DNA of 63,630 nt, filler included, from Octopus bimaculoides (GCF_001194135.2; 5 parts of 4 records of this genome joined end to end with filler, not necessarily neighbours in it); one strand, 5' to 3'. Counted from the first letter of the whole stretch, positions 13,636 through 27,790 are shown. The notes: a model not told the origin generated them from the sequence alone. A program made the numbers and translations.

Positions 13636-15590
13636 CCAAGTTCTGTAACTTACATACTGACCAGACCATCAACCTACCAACCTACCAATGTATATTGTAG
13701 TTAGGTAAAGTTTACCGCTATAAGAAGCAGTCAATGTATACGAAACTACCATTGATGGAGAGAAATGAAATCCCCCAATAAAAAGGATTTTATTTAATTA
13801 AAGGAATAATTCAGCCTTAGATATTCTAGATATTTCTATTTGTGTGCAGAAGTCTTCAAAATACAATAACTGATACGGCCTGCTGTTCAGTTAAACGCCA
13901 GGCCAAAAAATTACTTCACACTAAGATTTTATTAACTCATATGTTTCGTCTTGTATATGGAGTTTATTTCTTTTTATTTATTTTCTATCGCCCAGAAAGT
14001 ATTACAGCTGCCTCACGCCAGTTCCACTATTCTTTATTACCCACGCAGCTAAATGGAATTTTCTCAATTGCTGACGGTATAAAAAGAATAACATATTAAA
14101 ACCATCCACATCTATAAACCTTTCCTTAATTTAAGTTCTATCCTATTCTAATACATCCTATCGTTTGTCTTCCTACTGCTGTTATAACAGCCTCTATGCC
14201 TCTTTAAAGTGTCAAACATTCAATATTCTTGTGACCAATGTTGTGTAGAAATCTCTCCACTTCAACTGGAATCCGTTAACTTTTCGAAATTCGCATTAAT
14301 TCAACCGCAGATTTTTGTACTTCTAAGACAGAAAATGTCTAAGGGCAACTTCTAATACTGGTTCCTCCTTGAACACGAAAAACATCATACATTAGAAGCA
14401 TTAGCCTATTTCTACTGGCCTCCAACAAATTAGTATGCTACGGATCAATATGAACTGTTGCTTCTATTTCTATTGCTAGAGAATAACATTATGCATTCAG
14501 ATGATAAATGTCATTTATGTCAACATCCACTATTACTATCAATGAACTTTCTTCATAATTTCCGGATTAAGCTTCGTCCTGACCTTTTCAATAAGTAACT
14601 TCAGTTTTCAAAATTCGCCATAAATTTCTGCTATTTTTGATATATCTTGTAGGAAAAAAATCGTTTAGCTATCTCACAGCACATCTGATGATTAATGATT
14701 GATAAGATTCAAAATACATCAAGTATATATGCATAAACACTTTCATATCGAATTTTTAGTAGTTATTGAGTTAAAGAATATTAGTGTATCTAAACTTTCC
14801 ATAGAGCCAATAGAACAAAGCAACAGTTTTATTTGTTATATTCTTAGAATTTGGTAGAAATCATGCCAGATTTGGAATCTGATTACAAGACTGAGGTTTT
14901 TGGACAACAACTAATTGCTTTCTTTAGAACTATACAAAAACCTGTACAATCTTATTGATTCTTTTAGAATTGTTGATATAAAGATTAATGTACTTTTTTT
15001 TAATTCTGCCATGATCGCAGGTATCTAAATCTATTAGAGTAGAAACCAAAGTTCATAATTTCCTACCGATACAGCACTGTTTCTCTCTAGAGACATTTAG
15101 GTACGAACTGTAAGAAATTTATAGCTCATCGCAGTAAGAAGCATGGGAACACTTCATGATCTGTTAATTTGAAATACTGAGTTTAACTATTCCAGTGGGG
15201 TTGTATACATAATAGAAACTAACTCTAATGATTTCTTCCTTGAAAATATTAGGAATTACGACCTCATGATAATCCTTCTTCTCAATATATATCTATATAT
15301 ATATATATATTTAACCGTTGTGTTCTTGAACAAAACACTTCATTTCACTTACTCTGCGGGTGGGAGAGTGGCAGAATCATTGAATAACAGAGATGCCTTA
15401 CGGTATATTTTCCGACTCTCTATATTTTGAGTTTAAATCCCATCTGCCTGGAGAAGAACCTGCTGAAGCGCAAGGGAAGACCACCAGTATNNNNNNNNNN
15501 NNNNNNNNNNNNNNNNNNNNNNNNNNNNNNNNNNTTAATTAATTAANNNNNNNNNNNNNNNNNNNNNNNNNNNNNNNNNNNNNNNNNNNN

Positions 15591-15625
<35 letters not shown>

Positions 15626-15626
15626 G

Positions 15627-15661
<35 letters not shown>

Positions 15662-15779
15662 CGGTTGTCTGTCCTACTATGTTCTTTTACTGGCACTATG
15701 GCTCGTATCTCTCATGATGAGCCTTCTATCTTATATATCTTATTTTGTGTTTGACCATGCAACATGGTAAAAAGGAGCC

Positions 15780-15878
15780 TTTTCCGTCTACGTCGCCATC
15801 TCCTTTGGTTCACACGGTCGAATTATTACAAAGGGATAATAAAGGATAAAGTATCTAGAGGACTCAGATGTAGTGTTG
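15780..15878 (+). other. Probable non-coding first exon/promoter of unidentified gene 1
   Basis: CpG-rich patch with a CGCCATCT (YY1-like) motif, ending at donor TTG|GTGAGT 300 bp upstream of the 16180 acceptor. The start coordinate is a guess. Confidence 0.45.
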
Positions 15879-16202
15879 GTGAGTAAGAGTATGTCTGTTT
15901 CATTGCTGGTATTTTATAGATGTGATCAGTGTTCATTGTGTTTGCTTCCTGATAAAATGAACTTTAGGTCTTTTAGTTCAAAGAGTTATGTTTTTCAGTT
16001 GAAATTCTGTTTGGGTTAACTTAGTTTTTTTTAACTACCATTAATTTTATTGGTGTTAAGCTACTGAATTATTTTACCCATCTGTATATGACCTTTTGTT
16101 AAAAGAAAATCTTACATTTTTCAGGAAAATATTTGCTTTATCTTTCTACATTTATTTATTTCAATCATATTTATTTCAGAAATACAATCTGAAGATGTAA
16201 GT

Positions 16203-18638
16203 ATGCCTTCTAGTTCCTTGCATGCATCTGATAGAAAGGATTCTGGCTCGGATTTATCACTATCAGATAGATTAATTTCTGAAACAAATGGTTGCTCTTC
16301 AATAAAAAGTGCATCTCAATTCAAAGATGATTCTTTAATGTCTTCTGCTGTTGACATGTTAATTTCTGATAAACTTGATAAAGTAAATGATGGTACATTT
16401 CATAAGGATGCTGATAAATATTCAAAACCACTTCATAATTCAATGAAGGTATTAATGGAAACAGGAAACTCTTCAATTGTTGATGACACAATTTTACCTT
16501 GTGATTTGTCAAATTCATCTGCATCAAATAAACAAATGAGTACTGAAGATGCTTGCAATGATGCTGCCAAAGAAACTATTTCATCTAAACAGGCATTGGA
16601 GATGCCAAACAAAACTAGTAAATCACAGGCAGTATCAAATGATAGCAAATCTCCCTCAAGTTTCTTGTTAATCCCAGATTTTAAACTTGTGGATTATACT
16701 CAAACCCAGAGCTCAGTAATGTCAGAAGACAGTATAAAACTTAATTCTTGTATTGATCAACCTCAGATTAAGGAAAGTATTTCATCCCAAGATCTTGAAA
16801 GAAATAATGAAAAGCAGTTAAATACTGAAAAAAATATAGATGGTTCTATCTCTCTACCTTCAAATGACACTTTGCATGTGCTAGATAATTGTAAAGAAAA
16901 TGTTGGAGATATTAATCAAAATATGCTTTTAGAAGGAACTTTTCAAGATAAAATTATCAGACAATTTAATTGTAAATCAGATGAAAATTGTCTGAAGAAT
17001 TCTAATTCTCTTTCCACTGAATCTTCTCCATCATTCAGTAGTAACTCTAAAGTTGACAATAAAGAAATATATGAAAATCCAGAGTCTTCACAAGAAAATA
17101 ACAACAATAAAAATTTTGTTCTCATGCATGATAAAGGATTAACTCCTCCCCTCATAATGAACAGTTCTCAAGACAAGAATTGTAAAATCATTGTATCTGA
17201 GTTTGATCCTGAAGCAAAACCCACCATTCCAAAAACTATTTCAGAAAAACCATCTGATTTAGATTCGCAAGGATCCTTATCTTCAATACAACCTTGTAAA
17301 ATTGAATTAATTGAATGTCAGCCATCTTCATGTAGTGAGATTCCTTGTAGTGTAGATGTTGAAAACAATTATGTAAATATATTGCCAGAACTACAGAAAC
17401 TGTATCAGAATGAAATACCTAAGTCTGAAAGAAAAGAAACACCAGAAGAAAATGTGTTTAATAATGAATCATGTTCAAAGAACCTACCTGTTCAATCAAA
17501 ATACCAAAAAGATATACCTCAAAAGGATCAATCTACTACAACTCCTAAAACAATGATATTTGCTACTGACTGTTCCACATTAGATTCACAGATTGTTAAA
17601 CCAACTAAAGCATCAAAAAGGAAATGTTTTTCTCTTGATGGAAGAAGCCTAAAATCAGTTGTCTCTAATAAGGTTTTCAGCTGTCAATCTGAAATATATA
17701 GCAGTTCAAAAAAAGATAATTTAGTTGATTCTTTTGGGAGCAAAACAAAATCTGAAGTCAGTTGTATATCTTTGGGTAGAAGTAGTCGGCCAGTTGAGGA
17801 AAAGGAAAAACAAATACTAGAAAATTTGTCTGACCATGTTATATCTTTGCAAGGAAAGTCCTCGCCTTTGAAAGTTCAAAAATGTCCAAGGAAGAGAAGA
17901 AAATCTAATGAGGAAAACTATTTTGAAATAAAATGTGATGATTTGAAAAATTCAGCATCCGTTGGCAATCAGCCAAAAGAAAAGTTTATCCCCAATGAAA
18001 TTACTGAAGAAAAGTTTGTTGACTCCTCAAATGTTACTGACAGTTACAATGATTCCTTAACACAAGCACCTTCATGTGACAGAGAATCATTAGAATTTCT
18101 AACTGATAAAACAATTTCACCAATGCCACTTTCTCCTACACCTTCTAGTGTAACTACAAATGTCATAAGTGAGCCAATTGTCACTAGTTGGACACACCAT
18201 GAGGTTCCTCTAGATAGTGATGGGAAGAATAACTTAAAAAAGAACACTTCAACCAAAAGCAAAGAAATACAAGTTTTTCAAGATATAGATATTGAAAACA
18301 GTAATCCGTTGTTACCATTTGGTAATGGAATTGATATTGAGCAGTCTGGAAGAATACAGAATTTTAGTTTAAATTTAGAAAATTCAAATGGTGTTGCAAA
18401 TATTTCTCAAAAGTCACAAGAATCGAAAGTTAAGCAAACTCTAATCACGGTGAGAAAGGACTCTACAAAGAATCATTCAGAAATGAGTCAAACAACAGCT
18501 AATGAGCCAAAAGAAAGCCTTGAAATGGAACCACAGAGAAATCTGTCAGGAGTTCAAAAAGAAGACAGTCCACAAGTTAAAACAACTAAACATGAAAATA
18601 TTGCTGTTGATATATCATCACAACTTGATGTACCTAAT
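16203..18638 (+). CDS. Large coding exon of an unidentified gene: 812 codons, S/K/E/N-rich and likely disordered, with NLS-like KRK and PRKRRK
   Basis: Stop-free 2.4-kb ORF. Acceptor tttcag| at 16179 (exon starts 16180, in frame with ATG 16203) and donor AAT|GTAAGT at 18638 (phase 0). Confidence 0.85.
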
Positions 18639-18829
18639 GTAAGTATCATTTTAAAATATTTTGCATTAGGTATTTTATATTTTACTTTTTGCACATGAAA
18701 GTATAAATTTAAATGCGTTTTCTTTATAAACCTGCTTTTTTCAAGAAATTTTCAGGTAGTTGTCACCTTCTCCTTCCTGATCCACACCTGTTTCCTTCAT
18801 ATATGTATATACGTGCGCGCACACGCACG

Positions 18830-18899
<70 letters not shown>

Positions 18900-18921
18900 C
18901 AGCCATATAATTAACGATGTA

Positions 18922-20850
18922 TCATCATCATCATTTAATGTCCATGTTCTGTGCTAGCAGTTTGACAGATTAGAAAGGTCTGAGGACTGCATTGTGCTTC
19001 TGTGTCCACTTAGGCATGATTTCTATAGTTGGATGACCTAACACCAACCACTTTACTAGGTGCTTTTTTTATGGTATCAACACTAGTGAGATCAAGATTA
19101 AGATTGCTTTCAAATGAATGGAGCTACAGTAGAGAAAATAGCATTATGCAGAAGATAAAAGTTAAAATTTGAAAGTGTCAGAACCCAACAGATTTCTTGC
19201 TGTAGGAGAGAAGGTAGGAGTGTCTGTAGTGGAGTTGGAAAGAGATAAAGTAGTGGTCATGAAGGATCAGTGTGAACCTTCAAGGTACAAGATGAGTAGA
19301 AATGAATTGGAGCTGAAGAACAGCGAGTGTAGATAGGTAGAGGTTGCAAGAGTGTATGAGGAGAACGAGAGATAATTAGAGGTGGGGAATGGTGAGGGGA
19401 TGAATGTAATAAGTGAAGGACAAGTGTTGATGGTGGTTGAAGATGAATATATGTTGAAGGGAATGTAGGGAAGAATAGGTGATGACTGTAGAGATTGGAT
19501 AGTGTTTAGGCTGTATGTAATGAATGGTGGACAAGAGGGCGTGATCAATGACACATGTGAGTTGAAGGGATGTGATAGAGAGTAGGAAATGACTAACAGT
19601 GCAGAAAAAGGAGTGGGTTGAAGAGCAGCAGAATAGTAATAATTGTACTGTAGATAGCATAAGGATGAAAGTCAGAGAGATGTGTGTGGTTAAGAGTGGT
19701 CAGTGTTAGTGGGTGAAGAAGTCAGAATGAAGGATGGGCAACTAGGGAGATGCTTCTTGCTAGTTAGGATAAGTGGTATCAAGTAAAAGCTAGAGAAGTA
19801 TGCAATTCTGCTCACATTTAATTACAACAGCAGAATACTGCAGCTAGAGAGATGATGGTGATAGGAATGTCTTGAGAAAATTGGGTGGGATAAGGGGAAT
19901 ATATATGTAAATGTTGTGCTTCCAGAATCTGTTTTGCTGATGAGTGTTTCTTCTCAAGATGGCATATCACCATTCATTATGGTCCCTTGTCATTTCTTGA
20001 CATGGTATTGAGCGCAGTTTTCACCTCTATGTCCAAATCTTCCTGGGTCTTCCTCTTTTGCAAGATCTATCCATGTTAAGTGATTAACATTTCTTTATAC
20101 AACTGTCCTCATCCATATGTTTCAAATGAGCATACCAGCACAGTCCTTAAATGCTACACCTAATTCCTCTTATGCCCTGTTTTTCTTGCAACACATTTGT
20201 ACTTTGTTGTTTATACACACGTACATTGCACATCAAATGGTGCTTGTTAGACTCATTTCTTTTCAGTCTTGTCAAATCTTCTGCATTCAAGTCCCCCTCT
20301 CACAACCATGCAGCATTACAGTCCTAACACAAGCATCATACAATTTACCCTTCACTGAAGGAAAGACAAGACCTTTGTAGCCAGCAGCAGCTGAGCTATC
20401 TGAACTTTTTGTAACCTGTTCTTACCTTGGCTATTATACTTTCAGAGCAACTACTTCCACTGGTAATTGCATTTAGGTAACAAAAGCTATCAATTTCTTC
20501 TAATGAACCATCTGGATATTTAAGAGAATCTCTGTTAGGTGTATTTATAGCATGTACTATCCAGTGCATCTGTCACATATATAGCTTAGTCTGTCTGTGA
20601 TTCCACTACACTTCTTGTGTCCATAGATTGGGTACAGCATACAGAGTTTAGACCTACTCCTTTTCTGAATATTGAGCAAAGCCATTTTCCTGAAGATATC
20701 AGGGTCCTCTTTTCTTTTCTACTTACTAAAACCTTTGTTTTTGCAAAATCTACTTTGAGACTCCTTGATTCTAGTTTAGATTCTGTACTCAGAATTTCCT
20801 CTCTAATCTGTTATAAGAACTAGGTTATCAGCTCATTAGAGTTCCCATAC
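18922..20850 (-). mobile_element. RTE-clade LINE, 5'-truncated and degenerate, with long 3' UTR and (GAT)n tail
   Basis: The minus strand reads WEL**ADNLVLI, VKGKLYDACVRTVMLHGCE and KRGRPRKIW, then a pyrimidine-rich UTR and a family C tail ending in GATGATGAT. Confidence 0.75.
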
Positions 20851-22691
20851 ATAACCAGTCTTAAACTTCTCTGTAATGGCTTATTTTTCTCTAGGTCAAA
20901 TTTATTGCCTTCTTCAGGAAGGTATCACCGTAAATTAATTAGTTATATCTATTGTCCAAACTAGCTAATGTTTAACACAGATTTAAATGACTATTATAAA
21001 ATTCTATTTTTGATGATAATGATAATAAAATGTTCAGCACAAGTGGTAGACCCTGGTCCTGTAGAATTACTGCTGTCAACATTTGCTATAGAAGACCAGA
21101 ATGTAATAATTTCACAATCAAAAATATTTTAATGTAATGATTAAATTAATAAAAAATAAGGATGACCATAGATTGTCATTATCAAAATGTGAACATAAAC
21201 TGAAAAAAAATAAATACATCTATTTCTGAAATACTGCAATTATCATAATGAACTGTCACTATATATTTCTGCTAAAAAAATTAAAGCAGTTGATAGTGAA
21301 TATACTTAATCAGAAGTATAATGAAAATATTTGTATTCTGCATTGTGTCCTGTATATCCTCCCGTAGTAGTTGAGTTTACACTATATACACTTTTAAAAA
21401 TATAAGGACACAAATCGTGTTGTATAGCCAGCTGGAGATGATGTCTCCTGGGGCTAAATTACAGCAACATTCGTCCTAAACCAGGACTGTCATGTTATGT
21501 TGGCAAACAATCTTTACTCCAAAGTACTGTTGCTGAATAGCTCTTGTTGTGAGATTTAAAAATAGTAATTTTACTCTTTTACTGTCTAAGCCTATGAAGT
21601 TTGATGGTCACTTTCAAGTTCACTTTTTGTTTTGAGGATTTACAAACTTTTTCAATATATTTTAGACAGCAGTTATAATAAATGTGATTAAACACTTTTG
21701 TATATATTGTAGCAGGCTAGATTTGATATGAGGTACCCCACTATTAAATGTAGCGTATAGATGTAACTCTCCAAGACGGAAGAAATGTTATTTACATATT
21801 CATTTACCCGACAGGTTGTTACAGAGATAGTAGCAATTCTAATGATAGTGATGACAAGGATGACTCGCTGGTTAGTAGTTGATATGTAGAAAAAGGTTGT
21901 CTGTCAGTAGAGAGGGAAAGAGTAAGGTAGTCATGGTGCTGACTAGAAAGGATAAAGGCAGCATCACCTTTATTATGGCCAAAAGCTTCTCTAAGCATGT
22001 TGAGCAAATGGCGAAAGGAGTGCTGCTCTTGGTTAAGGCTGATGCAAAAGCAGGTGTTGCTCTTGGTCTGGCTGACACAAAAGAGCTAGTGTTGCTCCTT
22101 GGTCATAGCTGACACATAAGGGGAAGAGATAGAAAATTATCTCTGTTATATAGGCTATAGTCAGTAATGTAGGTCAAACCTTAAACAAAGGACTGGCCTT
22201 TCCTTGACCAGCACAGGTCCTTGGGGGTGGAGTGTTTTCTTATCAGTCATCTAGTGTGGAGGATTTCCTGCTTGTTTTGACAAGCAACAAGCTGGTGGAT
22301 TTGGTTTCAAATCTCAGGCAGGGTGAAGCTAGACCCCACCACCACAATATCATAATATTGAAAGAAGAAAAAACTGTTTATTATTACACAAGATATTGTT
22401 TTCCAGGATTTTGTAGCCCATAATTATAAGCACAAGTGCATATTAAATATGAATAAATATAGTAGTCATTTTATTTTATTGCTTTGCATCAACCTAATAG
22501 TTAAAATTGTAACATAGAAATAATAGAGAGCCTACAAAATTCTGTTTATGTAGTAATTTTGGTGGTTATCGTGATACTGATTAGATTGTTTATTCCTGTG
22601 ATGTTTCATTGCAATGTTTAAAATCAAAAATAGAATCTGTAATTTCTTTTAAGCTTTCTACTATCTGTTTCAGGTAAATCTTTCTTTCCAG

Positions 22692-22830
22692 ATGAATGCA
22701 TCCCAAGTTTCTTGTGATTCAAATGATACTACAGAAGTTACTAGTCATCTTAAATTATCAAATGAAAAAGCTGAATTACAGAAAGATACAAACAACTTTG
22801 ATAACAAAAGTACACGATCATCAAAACAAG
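22692..22830 (+). CDS. Internal exon of unidentified gene 1 (MNASQVSCDS...RSSKQ)
   Basis: Acceptor tttctttccag|, donor AAG|GTATAA. Open in phase 0, continuing the 18638 exon, with the same composition; ends in phase 1. Confidence 0.75.
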
Positions 22831-22888
22831 GTATAAATATCACTTTAAGCATTAGAGTATAACAAACAATTTGTTGTAAATATTAATT

Positions 22889-23096
22889 TCAAATTTTGGC
22901 ACAAGGCCAGCAATTTCAGGAGAGGAGATAAGTTGATTACATCGACCCTAGTGCTCAACTGGTACTTATTTTATTGACCCAAAAGGATGAAAGGCAAAGT
23001 CAACCTTGGTGGAATTTGAACTCAGAAGATAAGGCCAGACAAAATGCTGCTAAACATTTGCCCAGCGTGCTAACAATTCTGCCAACTCATTGCCTT
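22889..23096 (-). mobile_element. SINE family A
   Basis: Reverse complement of the 11910 element. Confidence 0.8.
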
Positions 23097-23129
23097 AAAT
23101 TTGTTGTATATATTATTATTAGGATCATC

Positions 23130-23397
23130 ATCATCATCATCGTTTAACGTCCGCCTTCCATGCTAGCATGGGTTGGACGATTTGACTGAGGACTGGTGAA
23201 ACCGGATGGCAACACCAGGCTCCAATCTAATTTGGCAGAGTTTCTACAGCTGGATGCCCTTCCTAACGCCAACCACTCAGAGTGTAGTGGGTGCTTTTAC
23301 GTGTCACCCGCACGAAAACGGCCACGCTCGAAATGGTGTCTTTTATGTGCCACCCGCACAAGAGCCAGTCCAGGGGCACTGGCAACGATCTCACTCA
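23130..23397 (-). mobile_element. Family C repeat (RTE-type 3' tail)
   Basis: CATCATCATCGTTTAACGTCCG...GGATGCCCTTCCTAACGCCAACC, shared with 18922-19100, 28545, 31520 and 55830. Confidence 0.7.
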
Positions 23398-23836
23398 NNN
23401 NNNNNNNNNNNNNNNNNNNNNNNNNNNNNNNNNNNNNNNNNTTAATTAATTAANNNNNNNNNNNNNNNNNNNNNNNNNNNNNNNNNNNNNNNNNNNNGCC
23501 ACTACATTCCTCCATGGCACAGGTTTAATTTGTGTATACAAATTTAATTTGCGGTCCATGGGAAAAGCCGTTTTAACGATGCGTCCTGCCCAACTCTTCG
23601 AAACGCCGGTGTTAAAACGGGGGTAGCTGATGAAGGAAAATGTTCTCTATGTGGCTTGTGTGTTTTCTGTACTCTGGTTATTATTATTTTCTTGTCTACG
23701 TTTTGTTTGCAATGTCCTGTACCCAGATATGCACCTATATATACAGGTAGACGTAGGTATGCACATACCTGTACGTATATATGCATATACTCATTTATTA
23801 TTTGTTTTTATATATTTATATATATATATATATGTA

Positions 23837-25660
23837 CAGTAGAACCTCACAGTACAAGTGCACCACTGTACAAGTAATTTACTGTATGAGCCGAGGCTCG
23901 TGTGAATTTTTGTCTTGAAGTATGAGTGGAAATCTGCAGTATGAGTGAATTTCATATAAGTGACTGCTAGTTGGCACAGTGCTCGCACATGCTCTCCCAG
24001 TAAGTGCAATCTCCACTCATTCAGTCCATGTGTTTATCTCACTGTAGCACCATCCCTATTGTGTTTTTCCCAATGATTGTGTTTAGTTTCACATATTTTT
24101 GCTATTAATTTATAATAATTAGTTGTGTTAGCCATGGATCCTAAGAAGGTCAGTGCAAAGGACAGTGTTGAGAAGAAGGAAACGCTGATTATAATAGAAT
24201 TGAAGAAGGAAATCATTGATAAACATGAGGGAGGAGTGCATATAATGGATGTAGCATGTCAATATGACCAAAGAATGTCAACAATCTATACAATCCTGAA
24301 GAAAAAGGATGAGATCAAGGCCATTACAATAGCAAAGGATGTCACCAGGCTCTCTAAGCAATGCATATCTGTCCACAAAAGGATGGAAAAATTGCTTCTC
24401 TTGTGGATCAACGTAATGCAATTCACAAGGGATATGATTACAGAGACCATCATCTGCAAGAAAGTACGGGTGCTATATGGGGATGTCCTGAAGCAGAATC
24501 CTGGAGTATCGATGGAGGAGACATCAGCAGATGCATTTCAGGCCAGTCACAGCTGGTTTGATAATTTCAAGAAGAGGACAGGTGTTCATAGCATTGTCAG
24601 GTATAGAGAAGTGGCGAGTTCTGGCACGAAGGCAGTTGAAGATTTTGTGCGTGAATTCTGTCAGCTCATCGCAGCCGAGGGGTACATTGCACAACAGGTG
24701 ATGAAACTGGGCTGTTTTGGAAAAAATGCACAGAAGAACTTACATGACTACAGAGGAGAAGAAAATGCCAGGCTACAAGCCTATGAAAGATAGGCTAACT
24801 CTTGCCCTTTGCGCCAATGTGAGTGGAGACTTGAAGATTAAGCCACTCCTTGTCTATCATTCTGAAAACCCATGAGCGTTCAAGTCACACAAAATCATGA
24901 AGGAGAAGCTGCATGTCATGTGGAGAGCAAACGTTAAAGCCTGGGTCATCAAGCAATTCTTCTCCAAGTGGGTCAACCTTGTCTTCAGACCAGCAGTGAA
25001 AAAGTACATTCTGGTGAATAGTCTTCCTCTCAAGGCCCTCCTCATCCTCAACAATGCTCCTACTCACTCTCCTAACCTCAACGAATTTAAATTTATATAA
25101 GTTCTGTACCTTTCATGCAACACCATCTCTATCTTGCAGCCCATGGACCAACAGGTAATTTCTAATTTTAAGAAATTGTACACCAAACACCTGTTTCGTC
25201 GGTGCTTTGAAGTCACTGAAAATACAAATCTAACCCTTCATGAGTTTTAGAAGGAACACTACAACATTGTAAACTGCCTGAAAATCATTGATATAGACTG
25301 GCAGGGTGTAACAAGGAAAACGCTGAACTCTGCATGGAGGAAACTGGTCTGACTGCGCATCCGAAAGAGTCTTTAAGGGGTTTGTGTCTGAGACACCTGT
25401 TGTTGAGGAGATAGTGTCTCTTAGCAAGTCCATGGGTCTCGAAGTTGATGATGGGGACATTAATAATCTCATCGAGGAACACTCAGAAAAGCTGATGACA
25501 GATGAACACCTGCAGCTTCAAGAGCAGCAGCATTTGGATGCAGTGGAAGAGATTGGTTGCCTGGAGGAGGACAGTGTAGCAGAGAATGCTATCTTTATGA
25601 GTTGGCAAAGTGGCAAAGTGGCAAAGTGGCAGTATGTTTCTGAATTTGTAGAAAAATATC
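23837..25660 (+). mobile_element. Tigger/pogo-family DNA transposon, decayed, 3' end lost
   Basis: TA|CAGTAGAACCTC left end. ORF 24125-24793 has CENP-B-type HTHs (FQASHSWFDNFKKR); frameshifted DDE_1 segments KDRLTL, VKAWV, LLILNNAPTH and ILQPMDQQVISNFK follow. Confidence 0.9.
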
Positions 25661-25663
25661 ATG

Positions 25664-25704
<41 letters not shown>

Positions 25705-25743
25705 GTATGTATGTATGTATGTATGTTTGTATGTATATATATG

Positions 25744-25783
<40 letters not shown>

Positions 25784-26510
25784 CACACACACACATATAT
25801 GGTATTAATTCTATTTGACTCTTTTGCTGAACCACTAAGTTATAGGGACATAAACACACCAACACCAGTTCTAAAGTGGAGGTAGTGGGACAAACACAGA
25901 TACAAAGAGAAACAGATTTATAAATATAAATGTATAAAGAGAAACATAGATTTANNNNNNNNNNNNNNNNNNNNNNNNNNNNNNNNNNNNNNNNNNNNNN
26001 NNNNNNNNNNNNNNNNNNNNNNNNNNNNNNNNNNNNNNNNNNNNNNNNNNNNNNNNNNNNNNNNNNNNNNNNNNNNNNNNNNNNNNNNNNNNNNNNNNNN
26101 NNNNNNNNNNNNNNNNNNNNNNNNNNNNNNNNNNNNNNNNNNNNNNNNNNNNNNNNNNNNNNNNNNNNNNNNNNNNNNNNNNNNNNNNNNNNNNNNNNNN
26201 NNNNNNNNNNNNNNNNNNNNNNNNNNNNNNNNNNNNNNNNNNNNNNNNNNNNNNNNNNNNNNNNNNNNNNNNNNNNNNNNNNNNNNNNNNNNNNNNNNNN
26301 NNNNNNNNNNNNNNNNNNNNNNNNNNNNNNNNNNNNNNNNNNNNNNNNNNNNNNNNNNNNNNNNNNNNNNNNNNNNNNNNNNNNNNNNNNNNNNNNNNNN
26401 NNNNNNNNNNNNNNNNNNNNNNNNNNNNNNNNNNNNNNNNNNNNNNNNNNNNNNNNNNNNNNNNNNNNNNNNNNNNNNNNNNNNNNNNNNNNNNNNNNNN
26501 NNNNNNNNNN

Positions 26511-26799
26511 CAACCATATGAACAAGTTTGTAAACTGTTCGGTGATGGTCCTCCAAGATCAGTTCATAAATATTTGTGATGTTTACATTAGTTTGGGTGG
26601 TTGACACTTGTTCTGAATGAGGTTGGTCTTCAAGCGACAAGTGGCCATTCCTAAAGCATGGAAACCACTTGTAAACTTGTGTTTTGCTCATGGCAGCATT
26701 CTTATAAGCTGTTTGAAGCATGACAACTGTTTCAGCAGCCGTTTTGCCTAGCAGAATACAGAATTTCACAGAACCACACTGTACCTTCATTTCAGCCAT
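26511..26799 (-). mobile_element. Mariner transposase N-terminal fragment next to a gap
   Basis: VKFCILLGKTAAETVVMLQTAY...KTQVYKWF..FRNGHLSLEDQP. Confidence 0.85.
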
Positions 26800-27417
26800 C
26801 ACAGAAATTGACAAACAGGGGAGGAGTACTGTGAAACAAAGACACACCACATGGCAGTATGATTCCAGCTAATGCGGCCAGTTGGCAGACTGATATCTGA
26901 GGGTCACATCAAGTGGCTTCTTGTGGTGGGAGCCTGAACTACAATAGGTTTGTCCCATAGAGAACATTTCCGGTTATTTTTGGCTACCCCCTTGTATGTT
27001 TGAATTATAAAATACATGATCTAGAGTGATACCACTTGTTTTGCTTGTTCATCTCTCTTTCTAATATATATCTGCCTACTCAATGATGAACCACTTATAG
27101 CCATCTTGGATAGGCAGCTTCAGCACTACTTTTGTTTTAATTGTAGTTCAAGCTGGAGTTTTAGGGGTAAACCAACTTGAGCACTTATTGTACATACTTA
27201 TTACATTATGTCATTAGACAAAATTTTGTGTTTGTGTGTGTGTGTGTGTGTACATACAACTGTCTTCTTTCAGTTTCCATCTGCCAAATCTACTCAGAGG
27301 GCTTTTGTTAGGCCAAGGCTATAGTAGAAAACACTTGCCCAAAGTGTCATACAGTAGCACTGATCTCAGAACTATGTGGTTGAGAAGTAAAGGTCTTACC
27401 ACACAAACACACTTATG

Positions 27418-27790
<373 letters not shown>

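Noticed and set aside
15535-15546. TTAATTAATTAA embedded in N runs (also 23442, 45998, 50009)
   Set aside because: Identical stop-in-all-frames spacer inside gaps; an assembly/scaffolding artefact.
16203-18698. Treating the 831-aa ORF as a single-exon gene, or as the ESRP N-terminus
   Set aside because: A strong donor at 18638 and an in-phase exon at 22692 show it is spliced. It has no similarity to the ESRP N-terminal exonuclease-like domain.
22016-22120. Three degenerate ~33-bp tandem units (GTGTTGCTCTTGGT...GCTGACAC)
   Set aside because: A short local tandem duplication with no other supporting structure.
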